A stretch of DNA of 64,000 nucleotides from contig OZ024754.1 in assembly GCA_964016885.1 (NCBI GenBank), positions 6,200,001 through 6,264,000 of the forward strand, written 5' to 3'. Below the pieces are notes generated by a model that ran no database searches, was not told where the DNA came from, and saw only the letters and a program-made list of their open reading frames with translations. Made by a program: the position numbers and the translations under genes. Shown piece by piece: positions 34,366 to 48,400 of this stretch (the first letter of the stretch is position 1; every line of letters starts with the position of its first letter). The DNA is from Eledone cirrhosa (Eukaryota).

Positions 34366-36171
34366 AAGTATTTATGTGAAGTCGCAATGGCCTTACAATC
34401 GTGAGTTCGATTCTCAGACATGGCTTGGTTGATTTAATAACCGGTTGTTTATTTTCTTATAGTTCTTTCATCACACATTCAGTAACCAATTCATTTTGCG
34501 TCCCTCTTCATATATAAAATTGTGTGTAACTTCTCCTGGTGGCTTTGAAGTGCAGCAATGGGTTGATTGGGTCAGTTTGGGGAATGTTAACCTCATGCAT
34601 CCCCTACGGATGGCCGTAGAGGATCGTACAAGAGGTTTACGTCCTTAAAATACTTATTTCGCCCTCTAACCTGGCATTGACCAAGGTTTAGCTAGCGGTT
34701 ACGCCCTTAAACTGCTCCTTTCACACTAAGTAGCCACTGAGGCCCTAGAGGTTCCTATGAGAAGTTTACGCCCGTAAACTGATTATACTTGCCATATTTC
34801 GGTATAATTTATTCCAATGGCTGCCCTTTCTAATGCCAACCACTTAACAGTGTTGACTAGGTGCATTGTATTAGCCTTGGAGAGGTCATTATGTGGTCAA
34901 CAAGATTAAAGGGTCCCCTCAGCCCTAGCCCCTACAGTGTCAGTTCAATCACCACCACTTTATAATGGTTACCTATTATGGGAACCAGCAGTTTGCCTGG
35001 AATGTCAAAAGACTAAAGGCTTCCTTACGTTTTTTAGGGGGGGGGGGGTTCCAGTGATTTTCCTGCAGCTGGTTCAAGACTGCAAACATGGCAAGAAGGT
35101 CAGGGGTCAAAGGTTTAGCAAGGATCAAGTAGTGAAAAAGAGAGAGAGAGATAACAAGTCATTATTTAACTGTTTATGGCTTCTTTATTAATGATAGATC
35201 ACTTCAGCCATACCACCAACATAAGTCAGAAATTATGGAATCTTTTTGCTTCGGTCAATCACAACACCTCCTGGCTAACTGCTATGAGAGGCACTGCACC
35301 ATTTTTATTCCTCACCGACATTTGTTACTGTGGCAACAGCTGCTATTGTCCATTCAGCCAGCAAGTGTCCAGCATATAAATTTATTTTCATCCATGCACA
35401 CAACACAGCCAGAAAAAGAACTCCTTGTAGCTAGGCAGCTTTGACAGAAATTCAGGTCTTTACCAGAACCAACAAAACCTCAGGGTTTTGGGTCAAATTT
35501 TAATTGGGGGGAGAGAGAGAGAGATAGAAAGAGAGTGAGAAAGAATATAGGACAAAATATATGAGAAGTAATTATTTTTTCATTTCTTTTAATATTAAAT
35601 GTGGTTGTGTTGCTTTGCTCTCCATCTTAATATTTTAACAATTGTGTTTTATTATATTTTTTTTTAAGATATCAATATTATTATTATCATTATTATTATT
35701 ATTATTAGTTCACTTCCCATTTCTCCAGTAATGCATTTCATTTCTTCAATGACTAATCTTTAACTTCCACTGAACATGGAAACTTTGCCAGTTTTAAAGT
35801 GTTGTAATCAAATGGGCAAGACCACACAGTCATATCAAAACTACACCTGAAATTCATAGCAATTTAAACAAACAGGCTTATCAAATCCATATTTCAACAG
35901 AAACTCCTACCTTGGAATATACACACAGACAAACATGCACAATGTACATGTGTATAATATACATATAAACACACACAGATATGTACATAAGTATGTGTAT
36001 GTATATTATTTATATATGTATGGATGTATAGGTAGTTTTTTGTATGTAAGTAATATCACATATCTGTATACACTTGTAAACATCAGGGAATCTGATGCAA
36101 TATTTATTTAATAATTTACAAATGCACACACTTTATTTTGAACATACATACATACATACATACACATATAT

Positions 36172-36203
<32 letters not shown>

Positions 36204-39200
36204 GTGAACTAGAGTAACCAAAAACGATATCTCGTATATATATATGCTTGTCCGATCCTTACAAATAACCACATAGTTGTGAGATTAACATGGGAGTATC
36301 TAATAGTGTGGCCAAGCAAGTCACACAACAGCACAAGGGAGTTACACTGAAACCCCTAAGATTGGAATAGTACAGAGAGGAAGGGACCTTGGTTCTCTAT
36401 GCCATAGGCCCTTTCCTTGGTGTCCTTAAACTGCAGGGATTTATATTTTTCAGATTAACTCCAGTCCATGTGAACAAGAGTATGATGGAGTTGATCCCAC
36501 CATCAAAAGATATCTTTCGGAATTTCTCCGATAAACGGATGTCTAATGAAACCAATTTTAATCATGTGTAATACATTGTCAACCATCAAGTGGACCCCCC
36601 GATAGCCCCTAATTTGGCAGTCCAACACGAGAGATAAAATGAATACATCACTGGGACCTCGTTTGGGTTTCATACATCAGGCCCAGGGATGGTTTCAGGG
36701 TTCTTGTCGGTCCTAGTGTTAGTTGGCACTGTGTGTTCAGTTTCCCTAGTTCTTGTGATGTGCTGTGACGAGTGAAAGAAAACATTGTTCCAGCATAGGA
36801 GAGAACACCCCTTAAGAGCCATGGATGGGATGGTCTTATAATCCTAAGAAAAAGGAAAAAATAACTAAATATGATGGCAGTGCCCCAGCATGGCTTTAGC
36901 CTGTCAGCTGGAACATAATAGAGTAACAATAGACACTTAAATTCACCAATCTCTGCAACAGATATAGACAAACTATGTTTCGCGATGAGAAGAAATCACT
37001 AAAAGAGGATCACTGAACATTCCTTGAAACAAATACAGAGTAACGACATAACTACTTGAACATCTAAAGGACATGGAGAACCTGCAATCTCACTTTATAC
37101 CCATAACAACAGACCTATGGCGAAGCCAATTATGGCAGCAATGAAGTGCTAAAAAAAAAAAATACATATCTATGCCTGATCTCTAAGAGAGATCCAATGT
37201 CACTGATCGCTGAAGAATGCTATCACTGGTTTCATTGGAAATATTTCATGATTAAATCTCACGATGGAAATCATGCAGGCATTAAGTTGTATGCTGTATA
37301 TATATAATACTTGTCATTAGAAGAGTTCTGTGATCATTACCACCAAGAAGAGAAAGAATTTTAGGACATATCAAATGGTTCTTAGCTTCTAAATCATCTT
37401 CCTTTGCATATATGACCAACCCTATCTATAATTATTGATGTGATGTATTTTCTAAGGACAGTTTCAGCTCTTCCCAATATTCATTTCATGAAGATATATC
37501 CATACGGTACATTATTAATGAAATCTAAACCAGCAAACTAACAAATGAGCAGAGATTTTGAGTAGCTGTATTGAAGGAGAAGGGGCTTAAAATGAATCTA
37601 ACTAGACCATCCAATAAATGAGCTTACAAAGCCAGATTCTGGCAAACTAGATCTGAGAAGAACAAAGCAGAGAATATTTTCCCCTGTATCCCACACCAAA
37701 CAATGACTAGATAACATAAGTTACTGAAAACATTATCCAATATGAAACAATATTCTCTCATCTCACTTCCCGACATGGTGTCTGCAATAACACCACAGAA
37801 TAGCGGAGCCTAATCATTTACATGGGCTAACTTGAACCTTTTTATTTACACCCACATGTTCCCATAAGATCAAGAATGTTTATTGATATTCCAAGATTGC
37901 TTTAATCCTCACAGGTCCACAGCTGGAAGTGATCCAGAAGAAATAATGTCAACAGGGATACTGAAGAAATCTCCATATGTATGTATGTATATGTGTGTGT
38001 ATATATATGTATATATAGTTAATTTTAGTTATGACTTTCTGCTCAAGAAATTTCACATTTGCTTGTTTTTAAATTCATGCATCCTTGCTCATTAGATACA
38101 TTATATAATTATACTAATTAATTAAACAATTAAAATAACAAAAAGGAAAGTACTCAGTGGAATAACAGGCATATATATAAACAAGCTGTATCCATTGGAA
38201 TGAGGAAAAAATAAAAAGAAAAGCAGTATTTTTGCTTAAAACTGAATTTAGGGAAAAAAAAAAAAAAAATAGCTTCAATAAAAAGGAAAACTAGGAAAAA
38301 AATGTGAATTCAGTTGAGATATCTTATATTTTATTTTATATATATATTTTTTTTTTCAACAACTAGACTTATTTTGTCTAAGGAAACTGTCAAGATGTGG
38401 ACATGGTCAGAAATCACCACACTCAACGTCAACCTCCACAGGACAGCTGAACAGAACAGTTAAACCAATGGCCTAGTTTGAATCCCGATTCCAAATGTTC
38501 AGTAAGGGAGAGGGGAGGAGGGATATGGGTGGGGAGATATTAGAAACAACAGAAGGATGGTGGAATTGTCCAGAAAAACTGGCCAAAACAAAGAGGCAGA
38601 AAAAGAAAAGTAAGATTGGGCCAACATTTTGTTGATTCAGGTTTTTTTTTTGTTTTTGAAAAGAAAAGTGAAGGGGGTAAAAACAACAACAACAACCACA
38701 AAAATGTGTTTTGCGGTGTAAGAAGGGGGTGCAGGTTGAGTAAAAGAGACAGGTTGTTGTTTAATGGTCTGATGGAGAAGAGACCCTTTGCATGTATATA
38801 ATATGTTTATGTGCATTTGTTGTGTGTGTGTGTGTGTGTGTGTGTATGAGATACGACTGTGTGGTCCACCACTATCTGGCTACAGTTGTTTCATCCAACA
38901 GAGATGCCACATATTGAACGACAGAAAGAGAGAGGTAGAGAGAGAGACAGCTAGAGAGAGCTATGAAAAAGAAAGCTACAGAAAGAGCTTCAATTACCTA
39001 TATATATATATATGTATATATATATATGGAGAGAGAGAGAGAGCGAGAAAGTAACAAGATATAGATTAGTTAGCCTTGCTGTCTTTTACGTTTTTCAGAT
39101 TACCAAATTCTAGAAAAAAATTGCAATGAAACACATATCTTAGTTATATATGGGGAAAAAAAGATAGAGAAAGAAACAAAAAGACAGAGAGAGAGAATCA

Positions 39201-39468
39201 GATTGAGAAAACCCCAAAACAAAAAAAAAAAAAAAAAAAAAAAAATCATATATAGTTGAATGGAATTCAAACCAATGTTTAAAATGTTCCAATTTCCTTG
39301 TAAAACTGAAGAAAGTTGAGAGTGGAGGATGAGAGCAGTTCCCCTCAAGCCGAGGGGTGTGGCATCTGTGTGTGTGTGTGAAGTAGAAACTGCTAAGATT
39401 GTATCTTTAACAAAGAAAACAGGCAGAAAGCACACTGGGTATGTAGTAAGGTCTGGCACCACAGTCTC

Positions 39469-39479
39469 TCATTGTAAAC
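39469..39479 (-). CDS. CNOT4: CNOT4 terminal coding segment (GLQ*), followed by 3' UTR toward lower coordinates
   Basis: Long polypyrimidine tract, then TTCCAG|GT TTA CAA TGA; U-rich sequence downstream; end of the UTR not determined. Confidence 0.75.
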
Positions 39480-42400
39480 CTGGAACAACAAAAAAAGAGA
39501 AAAAGAAAAACAAGGAGTTAAAAAATAGCTATGTGCTGTGGTAGTATCATACGGGGTCAGAAAAACTACTGAAGGTAGGTGTTCCTAAACTTTTTGTTTC
39601 ATTTATCTTCATGACAACCCACACTACCATATCCCTGCATTTCATAAAAGATCCAACATCACACAAATTGTGGAGGCACATGGCCTAGTGGTAAGGACAT
39701 TGAACTTAAGATCACAATGCCATGGGTTCGATTCCTGGGCTGGGTTGCATTCTTGAGCAAAACAATTCATTTCACATAACTAGTTATACTCAGCTGTTTA
39801 ACCCTGTGATAGACTACCATCCTGTCCAGGGGGAAGTCTTGTACTCTCAGTCGCTTCACATCATGAAACTGTGATAAGCACCAGCCTAACAAGCCTTAAA
39901 TGGCTTAAGACAGACTTTAGACTAAAGTATCAGGAAAGGTATCAAGCTGTAAGATATTCACGAAATATCCTGTCTCACCCATACCCAGATGGGCAGGGAG
40001 CCTGCATCGCGCTTACATACATTCCCTCACTCTACCGAGTGCTCAGAAAAGTTAGAGGACCACATTTGACTTACATGTTTGGAAGGATTTAGTAATATAG
40101 CAACTAACTTTCTCATTTATCTGGTGTTGAGAACATATAGGATCTTACATAAAATTATAATTGTTTCTACTTTTGGCACAAGGCCAGCAATTATCCAGTA
40201 CATTACTGGTACTTTATTTTATCGACCCCGTAAGGATGAAAGGCAAAGTTAACCTCGATGGGATTTGAACTCAGACCGTAAAAGGACCTAACATACATAA
40301 AATTATAATGAAATGTTTTAAGATAAATATAACACTTTCAAACAAACATCTTTTCGCACTTAGAGTTGCTGAAGCATGGAACTACCTGCATCAGTTGTTA
40401 GCTGTCGAAACACTGCATCCTTTAAAACCTCCATGCTTCCCGAAATTCACCAACACTACACCCGATATCTCCCCCCTCCATACACACGCACACATGCATT
40501 TCATGACTCATACACTGTTCATTTTCTTGACATTTGAACATTATTCTATGTACTATGCATGCACCTTTGATAAATTGTAGTGCACCTGAGCACTGTACAC
40601 AATAATTTCCTTATTATTTATGTATCGTTACAAAACAGGAACATTATTGGGCAGGTTGTTATCAAAAGAGTTAATCCAAAATAGAGATTTAGAGAAAAGA
40701 GCCATCTAAAGAAAATAGCTTACCCTCAGTCATCTTATGTGGTTCTGTAGTCTGAGTTGGGGGTCGGATCTGTGTATGAAAGCCCGGTGGAGGGTTGTGA
40801 GTCTGTGGCACCCAGCCAGCGCCTACAATTTGAAAATACTCAAGTTATTTACATCATTTAGAAATACTCAGATAAAAAGAAATTCAATTTAAATACAACA
40901 CAACACTAGGGATTGTGAAAATGTCTGGGAGAAGTTTAAGAATATTTAGACTATTAATCTCATTTTTCAAATCCAATCACACTATGTACCACATAAATTA
41001 AGATATTTGATGGCAATCAAGGATTAATTCAATTCATCATTTTTACGTTGGCATGGGTTGGACGGGACTTTTTAAAGCAATGTTTTACAGCTAAATGACC
41101 TTGTTGATACCAACTCGTTTAGTCAGTTCTTACAACACACAGGAAAGCAATGTATCTATTCTAAAATGGACAGACATGACTGAGTATTGATATAAATATT
41201 TACAAAGAAACACTTTAAAGACAAGACGAATTTTCTGAACAATCTTATGATAGGATTAAATAATTATTCTCAAAAGAAAAAAAAAATACAAACCCTTTCG
41301 TTGCAATATTACAGTTATATGGTTTCAATTAATTTTGGAAATAATAATTTGGAGGAATTTTATATAATTAATAATTTTTACTATAAAGCTGATGTTTGGA
41401 ACATGAACGTTTTAATATAAGTATAAAAATCCATTTAGTATCATAAAACCAGCAGCAGTTTCAGGTGGACTGGTGTCAAAAGGATTAAAAAAAATACAAA
41501 TACCTCGGTAACTATTAGAACATGTTTTGATGTTTTGTTTTCAGATGCTATGAAATGACAAATGCCCATGAAGAATCTAAAAGAGTCATGGTTTAATTTT
41601 AGTCTGTCAGCAATGTATTCATGTCTAAATGGGGAAATGCATTCACACTGACCTCTAACCGGAAAATGCTGTACAAAAGGCCTGTGTGTGTGACCTTGTG
41701 AATCAAATTCTGTCAGTTGTTGGATGGATTTCATCCAGTGTGGATTATCTGGCATATGTGAGAAATTACCTGCAAAAGAAATAACTGTGAATGTTGGAAT
41801 ATAGGATGAAATATAGACCTTGAAAAATCGCCAAAATACCAGGGTGGTTTTCACCCTGGGAATATCAATCTGTGGTACAAAACTGTCCATTAAATATCAT
41901 CATTTTTATTTAACATATCGTTCTTGCTAGCAAGAGATGGATGGGTCTTTACGAACAAAGTCAGAACTTTATCAGAGCTACTGAGGTCCCAGATGGGTCG
42001 GGAGCCTGCATCACGCTTACATATGTTCTCACATTCTACCGAGTGCTCAGATGAGTCAAGGGCCCTGCATTTCACTTACATGTTCCTGCACTCTGGCAAG
42101 TGCATGTTATCATGGCACCAACACTAGGAAGGTTGTCATGTCCCTGACATCTAAAGAGGCCTCCCTATTTAAATCTAAATCCTATCAATTTTATGGAAGA
42201 ATGTTTTGTTAATTTGTAATCTAAACACTAACTTAATGTAGAAACTATTAAAACAAAAAGTGTGGTCACAAAAGTTGGTATCAAAATAGTTAAAGATAAA
42301 TCCTGAAACTAAACAACTAGTTTGATGAACAATTTAATAACAAAGAACTAATGAAAGTGGACTTAGAGCATTTTATCATGGCACCAGCACTTCCACTTTA

Positions 42401-45400
42401 CTGGGTGAACTGAGTGCATTTTATCATGGCACCAGCACTACTTCCTTACAGATGCTTCTAAAGTCTGAATGGAATGAGAATAGTGAAAACAAAATCTTAT
42501 ACTTACTTTTTTGAGTAGGGTTACTTTGTGACTGTTGTATGGTACATGGTGTAGAGGAGGAGGGCTGCTGTTGTGGGGGAGGAGGTGGTTGGGATGGAGA
42601 TGCACCAAAGCTTATGTTGATATTTGGCAATAAGGCCCGCAAGCCATCTTGTAGATCTTTCAGATGAAAGCCATCGTGCTGATAGAAAGGAAGAAAAATA
42701 ATATTAATAATAACATTAACCCTTTCATTATTATATGGTAGAGAATTGGACATGTTTTGAAGCACATAGATACGGCCTTTTACATTCTGAGTTCAAATCC
42801 TGCCACGGTTAACTTTTCCTTTCATCCTTATGAGGTCGATGAAATAAAGTACCAGTAATACACTGGAGTCGGTAAAATAAAGTAGTAAGGTTGATTTAAT
42901 CGACTTTCCCCTACCCCAAAAATTCTTGGCCTTGTACCTAGATGTTGTAAGATTTTAATTTAAATAGTAACCCTTTAAAATGGGTGGTTTTGTTTCATAG
43001 AACTAGAGGCAATTTGGTATAAAATTGTTTAACAGGGGAGACAACCAGGAGAAAGGTAATCACTATTAATGTAAATTGGTACACCATTTGATTTAAATGT
43101 AATAAAATCTCGTATAAACTACATTTGCTTTTAATTTAATTTTATTTAACCCTTTAGCATTTACATTTCTATATATACTATTATTTTTTCGTGGTAAAGG
43201 CTTTATCTCAATCTATGAGGTTTTAATGTTATTTATTTTGAGAACAATAGCTTAACATCAGTATGAGTGGCTAGTTACAGCCGGTTTTAACAGAAAGCAA
43301 ATGTAGTTTATATGAAATTTTATTGCATTTCAGATGGCATTTATAACACAACAAAATGTTCTTGTATACAATTATGTTGGAACCCTTTAAAATGATTAAA
43401 ACAACAGCTTTGTTTCATAGAAACAGGTACAGCTTCAAGTGGTTTCATATAAAAGAGGGTTAAAGTAGGATGGTTGACTTACTTGTGTACTGTTTTGCAT
43501 GAGCTGCTCTTTACTCTGGAGATGCATTTCTGGTAAGACTGCATAAGAATTCTGCACAGGCTGTTGAGGTAATTTTGGTTGGTTGTAAATATATTCCACC
43601 ACTTTGCCACTATTGAATTCTACAAAAAGAAAACAAGGGTTTGTTTGTTCAATTACAAACACAGCAGATTGTCATAATACATCAACATTATATATTGTAG
43701 ATAGAATTAAATCAACATACCATATATAACCAAATATAAACTGAGAAATATGACCAAAAAACAAAAAACAAATGGTAAAAAGGGAGGTTGGCATATATAC
43801 GCTATCTAAACAATGTGTTGATTAGCTAAATGATGAGGGTTATTCTTACTCTATAACCAACAGACTGTCCCATATTACTGCTAAACACACTATCTCATAT
43901 ATCTGCGAAACACTATCCCATATTTCTACTAAACACTATCATCCCATATTTCTACTAAACACACTGTCCCATATTTCTGCTAAACACACCATCCCATATT
44001 CCTGTTAAACACACCATCCCATATTCCTGTTAAACACACTGTCCCATATTTCTACTAAACACACTGTCCCATATTTCTGCTAAACACACCATCCCATATT
44101 CCTGTTAAACACACCATCCCATATTCCTGTTAAACACACCATCCCATATTTCTACTAAACACACTGTCCCATATTTCTGCTAAACACACCATCCCATATT
44201 CCTGTTAAACCCACTGTCCCATATTTCTACTAAACACACCATCCCATATTTCTGCTAAACACACCATCCCATATTCCTGTTAAACACACTGTCCCATATT
44301 TCTACTAAACACACTGTCCCATATTTCTACTAAACACACTGTCCCATATTTCTACTAAACACACCGTCCCATATTTCTGCTAAACACACAGTCCCATATT
44401 CCTGCTAAACACACCATCCCATATTCCTGTTAAACACACTGTCCCATATTTTTACTAAACACACCGTCCCATATTTCTGCGAAACACACTGTCCCATATT
44501 TCTGCGAAACACACTGTCCCATATTCCTACTATAACAAAGAACTAACAAACAGTTTAATAACAAAGCCAGTGAAGACACCTTACCTTGTCGGAACATCTG
44601 TTGATGTAACTGTTGCTGCTGTTGTTGTTGCTGCTGTTGCTGCTGCTGCTGCTGTTGTTGTTGGTGTTGCTGCTGCTGCTGTTGTTGCTGCTGCTGCTGT
44701 TGGTGATGTTGCTGCTTTATTTGCTGCTGCAACTGTGGACTTAAATGACTTATAGAGAACCCTGGTGGTATGTTTGGAGTGTGGATTGGGGGTCGCATAT
44801 TATTTCTATAAGCTTGGTGTGCAATATTCAAAGTCTGCTGCTGAGGTTGTTGCTGTGGCGGTGTTGGTGGGTGTTGTTGTGGTTGTGGTGGTTGTGGGAG
44901 GTGGTGATGTGGGTGGTGGTGGTGGTGGTGCAGGTATTTAGGGTTTTCCCTGATATCTCTACTGCCATTCTCCTTCTCCATGAGATCAGCTAATGCTTTT
45001 GAAGATTCATTCCAAGGATCGAAACCTAAAAATACAAGAAATATAGTGAGGGACTGATAGACTGGTGTCCAGTGTTTGACAATGTAGGGTTTCAGATGAT
45101 TGTATAGTCTGGCTGAGCATGTGACAACCTCTAGTCTTGGTGCCACAATAAAATGCATCCAGTACACCATGTAAAATGTTAGTGTTGGTGCCACAATAAA
45201 ATGCACCTGGTACATACTGTAAAGTGGTAGTGTTGGTGCCATGAAAAACGCACTCAAGTAATTCAGCTGTAGAAACCATGCCATATATGAGATCGTTCTG
45301 AACTGTCTGTTCTCAAACAGTGACAAGCTGTCCAACTTACACCAGTGTGGAAAGCAGATGTAAAATGACAAAGAAATCACAATTAAAAGACAAAACTTGC

Positions 45401-48400
45401 AGGATGGGGCAACTAGACATTCTATTGTCTACAAAGCCAGCTTTTGTCAAATTCCAAGACCCATCTAGCCACAAAAATATGCACCTACCAAGCACTCATT
45501 TGCATCATCGAGCTATGTGGTTGTTGAGATGCAGCTTATAAGAATGGTGGATTTATGCAAGGTGGAAGTATTTGATTGTGTTTGCCTTTGACAAATCCTC
45601 AATGTTCATACATTGAAGTACATGAATAACTCTGCCGTTGCTGGACTGATTCCTTCAACAACTACTCAAAATGCACTTCAGTTGCTATGGCCAGGATCCT
45701 AGCTTAGCCTGTTAAAAAAGGTTAAAGTCTGCTTTAACATCAGCCTAGTACTTATCCTGGTTTCACCAGCATTAAGCAACTGAGAGTACCAGACTTCTCC
45801 CTGGACAGAATGCCAGTCCATCACAGAGTTAACTCCCAGCTACTGCTGGTACACATTTTCAGCTGAGTATACTGGATCAATGAGAAATGAAGTGTTTTGT
45901 TCAAATTCACATGCTAACCAGTTCAGAAATTGAACCCACAACATTATGATCATGAATCAAACACCCTTACCATTAGGCTACATCCCTTTCCATGAGTCAC
46001 ATTCATTTGTGATGTGGTAGTGCCAGAACCTTTTGTACAATGGTGAAATGGCAACGTGGATAGCTAGATTAATACAATCAAGTTAGATATTGAACTATTT
46101 ATCTCGTCTTCACATAATATATGGTGTTTACCAGTTGAATCAGGACTGATTACAGCTTCTGTTCATTATCTTGTGGATTGAATGGTTGGAGCTGACTCAA
46201 CCCATCCCAGGTGAACATATACGCGAGTACTTAATGACAGTTGTATGAGACTAGTTTGCAAAATCATTAAAGAAACCACCAAATATCTTCTTACCAAAAT
46301 TATCTTCTTGATAATGAACAAAATCATCAAAAAAAAACAAAACAAACAAGAGACATAAAAAATAAACACCAAATATCTTACCAAGATCATCATCTTGATA
46401 ATCAACACTCTTTGGTGCAAATCCAAACGCTGCTTGCCAATCAGTTGCACTTGTTACTGGAATTGTGTCTGGGATTTCCAGAGAAGGTAACGACTCTGGG
46501 ATTCCTGTTCAATAAATAGAACATGTTATAGAAATAGAATCTCAAATATTTCATCTTTATTGTTTTATATCCATTACTACACAGTAAGTAGCATTTGTGG
46601 GATAATATATATCACCAAAAGTTAATGACTGGGGGACCTATATTATCCAATATAACTAGAACTTAGGGAGGGACTATATGTACAGTTAAATAGGGAGAAA
46701 ACCAGGAATGAAAGACAACATCCCAGATCTCATTTGCTCACCGAGTGAGTTTGAAATCATCATATCAGAGCAAAGAAACAATGTTTCCATTAGTCTTTCC
46801 AATTGTTGATTCTATCCCCTATTTGAAACTCCTGGTAGAAGGAGTAATATGAAATAAAGCATCTTGCTGGTTTTTGGGTGAGTTGGTATCAAAATGGTTA
46901 AAATTTGAACTCATAATCACCTGCTCATTAAGTAATTCATTAGCTTCAACTCATTAAGACACTGTGCCTCATTATTTCTAGTTCAATAACTTGGTTAAAA
47001 GTAGAAACAACGATAGCAGGATTGATATACAGAATATTTAGGTCAAGCAGAAGGATGAAAGGCAAAGTTGACCTCAGTATGATTTGAACTCACAACACAA
47101 AGATCCAGAACAAATACTGCAGAACATTTTATCTGACGCTCCAACTATTGAGCCAATCATTCTTGCTTAACAAAGGTTTCTAATTTAACCCTTTAGCATT
47201 TAAACTGGCCATATCCGGCCAGAATTTTCTCACCTCTTTCTGTTCGAACCAGCAACCAGCTGTAACTGGCTTCTCATGATGTTACGGTATTTTTCTCAAA
47301 ATAAATAATATCAAAATCTCATATTCAATATTATGTGAGGTAAAGCCTTTACCATGAAAATACAATAATAAATATAGAGTGATGTAAATGCTAAAGGGTT
47401 AAGTAAGTGTTCAGCAGTTAAAGAGGAGGCAGAGGTCATTAAATCAACCCCAGTACCTTACTGGTATACATTCAGTATTGGTAGAGGGTCGGACCATGCT
47501 TTCCAGCATAGTTACGTCCCTTTACGACCTGAGTTCAAATCCCGCCAAGGTTGGCTTTGCCTTTCATCCTTACGGGGTCGATAAAATAAAGTACCAGTAA
47601 TGCACTGGGTAAATGCTAGCCTTGTACCTAAAGTAGAAACAATTATTTTATCAGCCTCAGAAGGATGAAAAGCAAAGTTGACCTTGGTGGGATTTGAACT
47701 CAGAACGTAAAGGTCTGTAACTACATGTCACAAAGCATTTTGTCTGTTCTAATGATTCTGACAACCCACCATCCAATAATAATAAAAAGAAAATGTCTCA
47801 CCCGTAGAATGCTGTATTGTGGAATTTTTTGTTGTCTCCCTCTCACTGCCACTAGAGAAGCCATTACCACTGAAAAATGAAAGACTGTCTGCATTCCTTT
47901 TTTCCAGCACTTGTCGTGATACCTGGTTTATGCCCATAAATGTTAAAGATGGATTCATTGCGGTAGCAAATGCATCATTCACGTGGACTGCTGAAGTTGG
48001 TGATGGTGCTGAGTAGGACGACGATGTTGAAACCCGGATATTTGGGGAATCAATTGAACCATTACTGTAATTTTCTACCCTGTATAATACAACATAAACC
48101 ATTACTGTAATTTTCTACCCTGTATAATACAATATAAACCATTACTGTAATTTTCTACCCTGTATAATACAACAAACCATTACTGTAATTTTCTACCCTG
48201 TATAATACAACATAAACCATTACTGTAATTTTCTACCCTGTATAATACAACATAAACCATTACTGTAATTTTCTACCCTGTATAATACAACAAACCATTA
48301 CTGTAATTTTCTACCCTGTATAATACAACATAAACCATTACTGTAATTTTCTACCCTGTATAATACAACAAACCATTACTGTAATTTTCTACCCTGTATA

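Larger units (their letters stand above)
32688..34780. repeat. Dispersed diverged ~80-bp satellite-like units
   Basis: GCCGTAGAG..TCCTATGAGAAGTTTACGCCCTTAAACTGC...TCTAACCTGGCATTGACCAA at ~32688, 32770, 33485, 33620, 33700, 34612, 34740. Confidence 0.75.
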
